From Lytechinus pictus (Eukaryota), in assembly GCF_037042905.1 (NCBI RefSeq), contig NC_087251.1, positions 43,030,001 through 43,094,000 of the forward strand: a DNA stretch of 64,000 bases, in the 5' to 3' direction. Shown in pieces: positions 1 to 12,800 of the stretch. Under the pieces are notes generated by a model, which saw only the letters and a list, made by a program, of their open reading frames with translations, did not search any database and was not told the origin of the DNA. The translations under genes and the position numbers were made by a program. The first letter of the stretch is position 1. Each line of letters begins with the position of its first letter.

Positions 1-509
1 AGTACTTATAAGGTATTTATGTCTATGAATAATCATAGATTTTCTTTTGAAGCCCATTTTCTACGAAAAAAATTTAATTGGTAATTTTTTTTTTGGGGGG
101 GGAGACATCTGCATTGGTTCGAAAAGTTGATAGATATTTGTTTTGAATACAAATATACCATCAAGCATGGTATTGATGACTTTGAGAGCCAATATATTCT
201 AGACTAGTATCATGATGTGTAACTATTTTTAATGGTTTGCTTTAAATCGAGAGCTGAAAGAGTGATTTTGATTGCTTGACGAAGTTGCCGTTGAATGATG
301 CATTGGTGTATGTCCATTTAAGATGTTCTTTTGTTGGCATTGATATAAATTGTGCAAAATAGTCCACAGTACTTGGTCATGACTGACATAAAGATTGTCT
401 ACACGCATACTTCAAGCTTTTCAATATTACTTATTTATCTCACTCATCCACTATACTCTGTAGTATTCATTGCCATTTGTTTGCATGAGTCAAAATTTCA
501 TAGATTTAA

Positions 510-905
510 AGCTAAATTACAGTAGTTGCAGTAAAACACTGATTTCGTAAGAAAGTCTGTAAAACCAAGGTTAAGTATTACTATATCATCGTCGATCTAG
601 ATCTGGTACAGTTACATAAACTGAACTTTGTGAAATCATAAAATCTAAGCTGAAAAACAATCACACTGAAGATCGCCAACACAGATAGGCACACGTTGGA
701 CAGTGTATATTATATTGCTGGAATAAAGACCCGACGGAAGTGCCCGAATCCGCGCTTATTTTGCTTATTTCTCAGCAATTACACAATTTCTTCCAGAATC
801 CTTCGGCACAAATTTTTTATTCATATCTACAGACACTTGGGTGGTCATTATATTGGATTCTATAAAAAGTCATTTTGAGATCGTGACCACAACTGGCATT
901 TATCT
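510..905 (+). mobile_element. ~395-bp MITE with TTAA TSD and AG..CT ends (Kolobok-like), copy 1
   Basis: ttaa|agctaaattacagtagttg...caactggcatttatct|ttaa; homologous to 11705-12067 and 15162-15555. Confidence 0.8.
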
Positions 906-3185
906 TTAATATACACCAAAGCGAAAGGAATTTTACGTGCCAGGGGGATGTTTCATAAAGCTGTGCATAAACGACTTCATGCACAGTTGAAGACACTGTC
1001 TTGTGCTCAGGGGCGGATCCAGGAATTTCCGACTGGAGGGGGGGGGGGCAGCTTTTTTGTTCACAAACATTTTGACGAGCAAAAAAAATATATTCCTACA
1101 CTCCTGAGTGATATGGTAAAAAAAATTAAGCAAAGCAAAAATGGTCTTCACTTGCATGTAAACAACATTTACAACTAACAACATTTTTATGGCTCTCAAA
1201 GCGGGGGGGGGGGGGGGGGGGGTGGCATAAGACGGGTGCGCTGGAACTGCCACTGCTTATGCTATAAATGAGATATCTCTATGTAGCTATGTCAGATTTC
1301 ATAATCAAAATTTGTTTATTGCCGATTTGTAATTCAAACATAGTTCTTTGGTCCCACAATATTTGATCGAGGCAGATTCATCTAAAAAAAAAAAATCACT
1401 TTGATAATGTACTGGTATCTAAAAAAAAAAGTTTCTTTATGCAATCACATTATACGTTTAGAATGTAATTTCATGGACTATAAATGAGTGAATCATTGAT
1501 TGTTCTTGTGACAAGAATGTGTAATATTTATCACTAAAAACTGCCAAGTGTTCCTATTAAGTAGGAAAATTATCCGTTTAATCAGTGGCTGCATGTTTCT
1601 ATTTTCTGCCAAAAAATTAGTACTAGTACTGAATAGAAATTCATGGAATTTTTCTTAATTTTTCTTGCTTTCAGGGTTGGCAGGTATGATGTATGTTATG
1701 ATTATTGGTTTTTCACCACCAATAGAATCATATTGAAACATGAATGTTGTAACTTAATGTTTGAATATATTCTGCAACACATGATTATATTTTTATATCA
1801 TCTATATTTTTATATATGCTACAATAGATGTATGATTGATTTAATACGGTGCAATGAAATGAGTGACATTTAAAAAAATAAAATCCATTATTAAATTCAA
1901 TATGAATTAGTGTTTGTGGTTATTGATAAACACATGTGTTTGGTTGATAATTTTTGCAAAAAGTTCAAGAGATTTTCAATATTTGTCCTATTCTAAACTT
2001 CCCTTAATATTTTGGAGAATAATTGGATGTTGGCAATATGTCTGTGATCAGCTGAATAAGTAGATTTGCCTTTTTATCTTAACAGACTATTTGACTATTT
2101 TGGCTTGTTTTAGAGTAGTACTGGTACAAAAAGGTCCCTCTATTCTATAAATGATGTTCCAATTATCAATCAACACATAACTTTCTTTACAACATGAAGA
2201 AGTTGGTTTTAATATTGTGGAATTCAAAGCTTTTATTAAAGGTATTAGGGATATTGTATATTTTTTGGCAAAGAAAAATTCTAAATTGCCTGTACATTAA
2301 AAAAATTGAGATTTTATATTTAATTTGTATTACGTAGTGTCTACAAACTTATGCCTACTTAAGTGCTGCTCTGTTTAATCATTTATATAGTTTGTTGATT
2401 CGTTTGATTTATATTGTAATCATTTATATTTTGATCAATAAAGAAAGATAAACAAACGTTTGGTTACGTATTGACACAATTTCACAAACAGCTAGACGCA
2501 TCCTGGTGGGTATGCAAATGAGGGGACTGATGACGTCACTCACTATTTCTTTTGTATTTTATTATATGAAATATTCCTCTTTTCTCTTAATTACGATATG
2601 AAACAAAGTTTTATTCTTTCCTGAACATGCATTATTTAAACATTTTATTGTTCATTCAAGTTGGTCCTTATATTGTCAAATCTGTAAAATTTGAAATATA
2701 TAATTTAAATTTAAAAAAAGAAATAGTGAGGGACATCATTGACTCTCATTTGCACATTACTGATTTGTACATATAGATCTGTTTTATGGAAAGTAAGTGA
2801 AACTTTGAAATGTCATAACTCTTATTTTACATACGATTTTAATGAATTTTTTAGCAATGTGCTTGTTTGATTTTTCTCTATTCATTCATATCAACATTTT
2901 TTTGGGGTGGTACTTGACATTAAAAAGTATACAAATACACTATCATCAAGGGCATTACTACAGATCAGATAAAGTTTTTAAACGTGCTCGCGTTCTGTTT
3001 ATTTTTTTTTTCATTTTGCCATTGGTAGATCGCCGACACTGATATTGGCCGCGCCATATTTCAAAAGGGAGCTAGTGTTGCAATGAAGCTGTTTTCTACT
3101 TTTTCGACGATTCTCAGCAGGATCCATAAGTCTGGATGAATCAGGGACAACTTCGGACCGCGGGCCGAGTTGTCCCACCTGCTTT

Positions 3186-3445
3186 GTGATTTTTTTTCTC
3201 ACAAATTGGAGTATATTTTTTCGTCATTTCGAAATTTCTTGTTACGATTTTCTAGGGATAGACTTGAAGGTAATTCTTTACTTTTCTAACTTTATGACTT
3301 TGTTTTCGCTGAAATATACTTTTATATATTTCAGTGAAAACAGAATATGAGAAAGTGAAGAATTAACATTACCATCAGACCATATCCCTAGAAAATCGTA
3401 CAAGAAATTTAGAAAGGACATAAAAATTTGTGAAAAAAAATCACG
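3186..3445. repeat. Imperfect inverted repeat upstream of NAA20 coding exon 1
   Basis: aaatttcttgttacgattttctagggata / tatccctagaaaatcgtacaagaaattt. Confidence 0.65.
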
Positions 3446-3829
3446 ATGTAGAGGAGGGGAGGGGAAGGGAGCTATGGAGCTGTTAGAGGAAAGAATAACA
3501 TTATTTGGTCATTTATCGAGAGTTTAAAGACAGAAACAAGACAAGAAAAATGCCTCAGCCTTCATGAAAAATAAATGAATAGGAGAAGAATAAGTAAAAA
3601 GAGAAAGTAGTATTGAAACACCCCCCCCCCCCCCCAACAGTGCTGTGCAGTACCAGTGGGCCGGCCGGGTGGCCTGGGCCTATATCGACGTATGCGGTAT
3701 ACCGGGCCGGCCCGGCCGGCATTGCTAGGATTAGTAGGGCCTACAGCTAAGTTACGTACCGTACTGGGGCGGTAGTGCTGCTGCACAGTTCCACTTTTGT
3801 TTCTGTAGACGTGAACCGATCTATGCAAA

Positions 3830-3882
3830 ATGACGACAATACGACCTTTCACGTGTGACGATTTATTCAAGTTCAATAACGT
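3830..3882 (+). CDS. NAA20: NAA20 coding exon 1 (MTTIRPFTCDDLFKFNNV)
   Basis: aaaATG start, donor GT|gtaagt; an upstream acceptor (ttttgtttctgtag, AG 3807-3808) suggests a further 5'UTR exon. Confidence 0.95.
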
Positions 3883-6800
3883 GTAAGTATTTTGTAAAAT
3901 TTAAGTTTTGTTTTGGAATGGAAAATCTAAAACCAAACTTTTGTTGGGGCTTATTTTTTTGTTTAGTCCTACGTGTAGTAAATGTTGTTACCATTCCACT
4001 CGCACTGTCTCGTTTAACGTAATATCGACAGCCGGCAGCCGTCACTCTAGGCCTAGGCGACACCCCAATACTTACCCGTGCTAATAAACTGGGACTCCAC
4101 TCACGCGCATTTGGGCCGCCCTAGCTTAGAACTAAGCTTTGTTTTACTAAAAAATAAATCTTGTAATGATTCAATAAATGTTACTTAATAAATTAGTACT
4201 GTTATGTTAAATCGGTACTCACCGGTTCTTTTCTTGAATTTTCTGGCAATTTCCCACGCTTCTGGCTTCAATTCTGCGGCTGTTCCTGTCGCGGTAGACA
4301 GCTACATATGCAACTTTATTTATAAATAGAGCGCCCCTTACGATAGTTGTTAAGAACGCGGCCAAATTGTTAGGTTTTTTGCACTGTGTCCAAGGCGTTT
4401 TTATTATGTTTGATTTTTTATTTTTAATAAATATTTTGTTAAATAGCGATTTTTACGTCAAATATTAAATTCATATCACAAAATATTTTTAATTGTAGAA
4501 ATATATATAATATCATGCAATTATTCATTCTATATATATTTTATAATAAAATTTATAATTGTTGCGGTCTTTAAAAAAGGATAGTCGATTGATCAGGTGA
4601 TGACCACACGTATCACGTGATCTGAAAATCAGCTTCATACCGCTTTGATCGCACTCGACGGTGACCGGACTGACTGCCAAAAAAAGATCGAAAAATGACT
4701 CAAATGTAAGTTTCCCTTTATTTTATTAAATTCAAATTAGGAATAGGAATATATTTAATGGGCAATCTTTTAATAAATGATAAACAAACGAGGACAAAAC
4801 TCATATTTTGGGAGTAATATCATACTTGGGTGCAGGAAACAGTACGTTTAGAAGTTCTAACCTGTTTTTAACGCATTGTCGCCTATGAGGTCCATACATG
4901 TTAATGTTTGGACCTCATTGGTACTAGGAGTGGGCAGCCGTCTGTTTCGAGGAGTTTAATTATTACCGGATGTACTGGAAAAGTGCAGAAAGCTGCAGCC
5001 ATGTTTCCAGGTCGAGCTTTCGTCCAAGCTTCTCGTACACAGATGGCTCGCGATTGTGCAGCCGCCATTATTACTAAATATTAGCATGATTAGGGCCTAG
5101 GCTTAGCCTTAGGGGGTTAACAATGCAAAATCCCCCAATGTAAATCATGGGATATAAGTTCATTTCCAACATTTCTACGCTATCGATTTCATTTTTAAAC
5201 AAGTCAAGAATTCATCAAAAAAATGAGAAAAATATGAAAAGACGGGGGAGACTTGCCCGATGTTTACGTCGCCATCTTGTTTCTCATTGTTGATCGCTAA
5301 CGTTACGGATGTGCGCTTGTTTAAAAATGAAATCGATAGCGTAGTATTTAATGTCGGAAATGAAGTTGTATCCCATTTACATGATTTAGGGCTAGATCTT
5401 TTTCGGCGCCGGTTTTAGAAGGAAAGTAGAAATCTCAGGGGCAAAAGTTTGAGGTTTTTTAGCGGTACATGCAGATGAATGCAATGGAATCTCTGGCTCC
5501 GTGGAGAGTAAGCATACCGTACGTTAGTAATGATTTTTGTCTTGCCTGCATAGCAGAGCCAGACTAGGCACCGCTTTTCAGATGGCGGCGGTGGCGTCGT
5601 CAACATGAAATCTTAACCAAGGTTAAGTTTTTGAAATGTCATATAAACTTAGAAAGTATATGGACCTAGTTCATGAAACTTGGACATAAGGGTGATAGCG
5701 TAACATTGAATATCTTGTGCTCGTTTCAGGTCTCATGACCAAAATCAAAGGTCATTTAGGGTCAATGAACTTTGGCCATGTTGGGGGTATTTGTTGAATT
5801 GGCATCATAACTTAGAAAGTTTATGGATCTATACATGTAGTTCATGAAACATAAGCTTAATCGAGTTGTTTTGCACATGTCTGAGGTCACATGATCATAG
5901 TCAAAGGTCATGTTGGGTAAATGGACATAGTATTTTATTATCATATGAGTGTTTTCTTTTATGAATAATTATTTAATAGCTGTTTTCAAAGTCAGCACTG
6001 CTCATATTGCGTAATGCAGGCAAGACTGCCAGAGGCGTTCCACTTACTCTCTAGTAGCCTCCTTGCTATGTCTACTTAGGCCTAGATCTAATTGGACTAA
6101 AAGTCTCAAAACAAAAATACAATCATATTGAATCAGATAAAAATCATGTTTATTTCCGTAGTACAAATGTTGAATTTTAATGTCATAAAAAAATAGAATT
6201 GAAAAATTACGGTAAACAGAAATTATTTATTTACTTACTACCACTGTACTTGCCCTGGGGACCTCAACACGTCTTCAGACAGTGTCGAGGTCCTGAATGC
6301 CACCACTCATTCCCACCAGAGTGCATCGATGCACTAGATTAATCTCGAAATTACAAAAACATGGATGATAAAAAGAAACCCAAAATACGACAGTTAGGAT
6401 TGACCTTACCTAAACAAACTGTTACAGTTGAATGAATATGCATTACAAGAAGAGATAAGAAAACTTCAGGCGAATCACAAACTTGCTTTTCAGTTAAATC
6501 GCGATTTAGGTATTTCAATACTGGATCGATTTTGCTTGCATTTAACATAGATAAAAATACATTATTTAAAAAAAATTAATTTAATTAAAATTATATTTAT
6601 CTCAATCTATATATGAACAAACATAACTATGCGTTTACAAAATACATTTTTAAAATGAGAGTTGTAGAATCTAGGTCAATATTATCAAGAGTCGAGAATC
6701 AAATGAAAATAACACAATATTTAACCACATTTGCTTGTATGGTAATACCTGAACTATATAGGTAGGCCTATACTTCCCATTGCATGTTAATTGGGCTCAT

Positions 6801-9800
6801 GCATTTCTCATAATATTAATAGTAATTAATTCTCATTTTTCCTGCAAAAACAATTGCATTTATAGGCCCTAATTTGATCTAGACAAATAAAAAAAAAAGA
6901 GAAATCAATTCTGACTGAAAAAATCACATAGAGGGGATCTAGACCTACCTCGATCTTGATCATCACTGCCACTATCAGTGATTTTCTTGCCTTAGGCGAA
7001 ACCTTGGACAAAGCTCTGACACCTTCCAAATATTCATATTCAATTAAATAGTCAATAGCTTTTTGAATAAGCAAGGGTAGTCTTTCCTGCCTGTCTCTTC
7101 TTTCTCTTACATCCTCTTCATCTCCACTTTCCACATCAGAATTAGCGCCTGGGGCTTGAACACCCTGGTTTTCATCTTCCTTATCAAATTGAACGTGTAT
7201 CTGTTCGGGTGTGTCAAAGATGGCTCTCTTCTTTGGCATTGGTGTTGGAGAGCCGATAGGATTTTCCACATATTCAAGCCCATCATTTCCTCCCGGCGTT
7301 TTCCCAGCTATCGATGTCCGTGTCTTCCCTCTAGATCCTTTTCGAACAATAGTGTTCCTGACGAGGACACGCTCACACTTCCTACAAACACAATTGTCAC
7401 GATGTACAGTTTTGGGACAAAGTCTAAAGGCTGTCCTTGGGGAGGTAAATGTAGCAAGATTTCTCCGAGCATATCCCTTTGGTCCTTTTAAAAATGGAGA
7501 CAAGCACATCGCACATTTTGAAGAATTCATTTAACAGTTTAATGGCAAAAGCTTTAATGTCACTTGGTGATGAATGCCGGGTGATTTTTTTTCCAGCCGC
7601 TTCGACAAAGCTCCAATCAGCGTTTGTTTATTAACTTGCTGCAGCGCATACAGTGCACCAATATTTGTTTTTAAACCCGGTGGAATTGGGATCAAAGTCG
7701 ATGGCTGCATGTTATGCTATAAACAACAGGTCTATTTATGTCAGTCCTGATTTTCCATGCTTGAAATTATAATTATTGCTATAAATAGATCCCATGTAGG
7801 AAGGTGTGGAAATGTTAATATATCCAGGCCGGGATGTACCCACACACAAATGAGTGAATAAAGGAAATTTCATTGAACAAAAACGATTGTTTAATCCTCA
7901 TTTGCTTGTTGTCATATGATGACCTTATATTCATTTATCATTTTCTTTCTGAAGTTTCATTTCAGTACGTCTGACAGTCGACCCTCATTTTACTCAGTGA
8001 TTCGTTTTCAAACTTGAACGACCGTAATCAAGTTTCGGATTTCAGGCTGCAATAATTATGCAACCCTGAGAAAGACGTTTTACAACCGTGAACGAAGCCA
8101 AAGGGTCAGTAATTCCATAAAATGACCAACCCTTTGTACGTGATCCGACCCCCATTTGTCTCAATTCTTAATTCTCTTCATATATGCCCCCGGACCACTC
8201 ATTGTCATTTATTGGGAGTATACAGACTGTCAAAAGAAGAACAAGAGATCAGAGACAGAAAATCTCATTAATGAAGGTCCAACATACAGGAGGTCGGACG
8301 TAGGCCTACATAGGCCTATTTAATGGAATTTCCCCAAAGAGGATTTGTTTGTGTTCTCGCTCGCTTAGCTCAATCGCAAATTGATATAGATATAGGCCTA
8401 GTATAATTCTAGATCTCGATGTGTGCAGTGCCGGACCATTTTGGTATAGTGCACCGGATGAGAGAGAGGGCTTATGCAGATTAGCAGTACTGGAGAGGGT
8501 GGTCTTCAACAGCTGCCTTGAAGGTTGCAACTGTCTGTGGAGTTGCTATGGTGGCTGGAAGATGCTTCAAGTCCACCGTTGTTTGTACGAAAAATGAGTT
8601 CTTATATTGATCAGTATTGAAATTCTCCACTGCAAAACAGATATTATGGTTTTGGACTTGCCTTTCAACCTTTCAACTAGGTTTGTTGATGCAAACCCAG
8701 CAAATTTCTTTGCTTTTATTTGCCTCTTTTGTCTTGAAGGTTTTAAGAAATTATTCAAAGGGAGGACTGGTACCAACCCCCCCCCCCCCGACCAATTGGA
8801 AGTAGGTTGAGAGTCTTGCACATTTCCTCTTGATGCTAGTGTTGGCAGTTTGAGGTTTTTAAGCATCTGTGTCATACTACCAGGGTCTCCTGATCTGTAG
8901 TCTTTCGTGATAAAGCGGGCTCCTCTGCGATGGATCCTTTCGAGGGCATCAATGTTTTTCCTCAAGTAGGGATCCCATACAATGGCTCCGTATTCCATGA
9001 GAGATCTTACAAGGGCAATGTAGGCAGTTCTCTTGTAGTCTTCTGGGCAGAAGCTCGGGTTTCGCCTAAGGAGTGAGCACTAGTACTGCACCTGCTTTAC
9101 GAGTTGTGATGACACTCAATGTGGTGCATTTACTTGTGTTAAACGTCATGCCCCATGTTTCAGACCACTCATCCAGTTTGTTGAGGTCATCCTGGAGTAT
9201 CTGGTGATCTCGTTGTTGTCTAATCTGCCGGTATAGTAGGCAATCATCAGCAAAAAGGCGTACTTGAGACTAGACGCAGGGTGGAAGGTCATTAATATAG
9301 CAGAGGAAGAGCAAAGGCCTGAGGACGGTGCCCTGCGGCACGCCTGATGTGACCTATACCGCTGTAGATCGATGACCGTCCACTACAACCGACATTTCTC
9401 CAGTGGTGAGAAATGTTAGCAGCCATTGATGTAGCGGACCTCTGATCCCATAGCTGGTTAGCTTGTAGTAGGCCTGTATTACATGAAAACATTAAAAACT
9501 ATCAAAATATCCATCAAAGTAAAATAAATGGTCATTCTTTAAATGTTCTTTAACTTGGATCTACTGTGTGTGCAGTTCAATAGCAGGTATGTTCATGTAT
9601 CTTATGCATGCAAGTCCCCTGCCAGTGCGGGTCCCTTAAGTTATGGGGAGGGAGTTGAAGTCATTTTCGTCCAACATTTGGAACAGTCCGATGTTTGGGG
9701 ACTTTACTCTATAAAAAGAACTGGACCAAATAAAGATTATTATTCCGTTTTGGCCTGAAATGCACCAAAACGGGAAAAAATAAACTTAAAAGGAAAAAAC

Positions 9801-12800
9801 AGTGACTTTGGCTGTCGCGAAATTCCTACTTCCCTGGTTTATCCGAACTTAATACATAAACATATGGCCATTGAGTTCCTGTACAGATCGAGTTAGAAGA
9901 ACTTTGATCTCTGTAATTGGTGAGCGAGTGGAGCCAACAGAGTACAGCGGAACAAACCAATAAAACAGAGACCAAAGCTTTTGGTCTATGTCTCGTTATG
10001 CTCGCCTCTAGATCTAGTCTAGAATCTATTTGTGTTACATACATGACATAATAGGGATCCAGGATTTAGCTCCTGTGCAATCCAAATGACTGTATCACTT
10101 AATCCAGAAATATGTGATATAAACTACAAATTTATGCATTGGCTGTAACTGTCTGAACAAAAAAAGAAACAAAGATCAGATTTATAAATTATGATTCACT
10201 GTCATGACAGCTGTTCATGTTGCATAAGCTTGCAAAGGTTAATTTAAGAAAAACATAAAAAATGATAATTATGTTTTGTTTGTTTGATTTTTTTCACAGG
10301 AATATGGATTATCTCACAGAAACCGTATCCTTATTGAATAAATTTGGATTATTGTAATGAATGTGTACCATATATATACAGAACAAATGTTTTTAATTCT
10401 TTGAATTATCAGAACTTACATGAAATCCTGTGGGGAGGGGTGGGGGAGGAGGAGGCCACTTATGATTGAGTGAACATAATTTGCACCTATTTAAAAAATA
10501 TCATGAAGATGATTTTTGATCAAAAATTTCTCACAGTTCACACAAAATTAATTAAAATCATGAATACCAAATGGAATTCAAGATCCTGAACTTAAGTCAA
10601 ATTTGCTTGATGGAATTATAAAGTAGGTCAAAGGTTTCGCTGGTATTTTTGCCCCAACACTAAGTGTTTAGAGTCCGATTTGAGCGAGGTGTGAAAGCTG
10701 GGACGGTACTAAGCCCAATGGAAGTAAAAGTAAAGCTGACGTCTGTGATCACGTCAAGCGTTGGGTTTCACATGCCAAGACTTGTTAAGGGGTGCATTTT
10801 CAGAATATGGAAAATACTTGTTAAGGGTGCTTTTTGAAACCCAATGGTTGTGCCTGGTATCCACTCGTAAATGGAAGTGCCCCCCCCCCCAGAGTGAAAT
10901 ACACATTTAAAAAAATATTAGGTGAATCCCTAATTCTCTGGTATATTCTTGCAGGTTTTATATATCTTGAATCAAAATAATATTGAAATCAATGATCAAT
11001 AGTTGTATCTATTTGGACTCAGAAAATATATCTAATTATCTATTTTTTTATCATTCTAATAATGTGATAAACAAGTCATCCATGATACAATAAATTATTG
11101 TGAAACCTTTATTCCATGAATTCTCATCAAAGAGAACATCTGATCTTGTGATAGACTAGATAAAGAGAAAATCTAAGTAAATTGTTTAATGGGAAAGTTG
11201 GACATGTGTGACATCATAGATCTTGGTAGTGCTGGGAGGATTTAAATACCATTATTGATCTCATTATTCAATTGCTCGTAAGCTTTCATATTTTTTTTAT
11301 TCAAACTTCCTCGTACATTCTTTGATTTGTTTCTTTGATTTTCCCTTTTTTATATGAAATCAACTAGTTTAAAGGGTTTTGAGAAATTCCTCAATGAACA
11401 TCAGAGTTATGGATTTCTAAAGATTGATTTTTGTAATGTAATATCTGTTCCCTTCTATATCATACATGTTCTGCCTTTCCTTAACTGAATATGTGATGAC
11501 CAGTATGGGATTCCATTCTATCTCCAATACTTGGCACATTGGCCGGAGTATATTCAAGTTTGTGAAGCGCCCGGAGGTCAGATCATGGGATACAGTGAGT
11601 AGTCAGGGTCATGTTTCGTAAAGAATCGTTATAATGACAAATGCACAATTTCTATAACAAGTGTACTATCAGCCAATCAGATTGAAGGATCTCAGTAGCT
11701 TTAAAGGTAAAAGACAGTAGTTGCAGCAAACAATTATTTCATGAGAAAGTCTTTTAAAATTAAATTAAGGTTAATAGTCAAAATATTATAATACATCTAT
11801 ATCCGGTACATTAATGTAAACTTATCTTTGTAAAATCATGAAATCTTAGCTAAAAATCGACAATTCTGATGATCACTAACACAGAAAAGCATATGGGGGA
11901 TCGTGTATTAATATTGCTTTGAAAAATACCCGACATTTGATGGAATGGCGTGTTTATTTTGCTCATTTCTCAGCAATTACGCTTTCTCTTCCAGAGTCAT
12001 TTGGCACATATTCATTGGATTCTGTTCGAATTCATATTGAGATCGTTACCACAACTAGTATTTAACTTTAAACTGTTATTGTAAATTTGTTATAACAAGT
12101 TTTATGAGATAGGCTTGAGAAGTTTAATTCCAAATTTTAGATAATGGATTGGATACATAGACATTTATGTTCAGTTTACATAATAAAATCCCCTCTCAGC
12201 CCCTAATAAAACAAACAAAAAGAAGGGTAGCGCTATCAAATTAGCTAATGTATTAAAGAGTTTTAAAATGTATAAGAATTACAACCTTAAAATTTACTGT
12301 TTGTAAAAGTGAATAATTTCAGTGTTAAATAAAAGGAGAGAAGTCACAAGTTAGTTACTGAAGGAAAGACAAAAAATCATTGTGCAGTTTTAATATGATA
12401 CATGACTTGATGAATGAAAAAATTATTTAATTAAAGATTGAAATAGTATTGTGGATCATGAGTATATCATCTTTCAGCTACTAGTGTATTGAAATGATCA
12501 ATCATCTTTTCCATATTTGTAAGAATACATGTACTCAGTGTTAAATTGGAATATCTTTTGTTTCATCTGTTCTTCATTAAATAGTCATGGGCAAAGCAGA
12601 AGGATCTGTTGCCCAAGAGACGTGGCATGGTCATGTGACTGCATTGTCCGTTGCCCCAGAGTATCGGAGACTGGGATTGGCTGCTATCATGATGAATATT
12701 CTGGAGGAGGTATCAGAGAGGTAGGATTCACTGGTGGGCGGGGGGGGGGGGGCTTGGGGTAATTCAACAGATACTCCCAACATGGCCAAAGTTCATTGAC

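Noticed and set aside
9543..9592. ATG...FNSR|gtatgt as NAA20 exon 1
   Set aside because: Phase-compatible but the peptide is unlike NAA20; the true exon 1 is at 3830-3882
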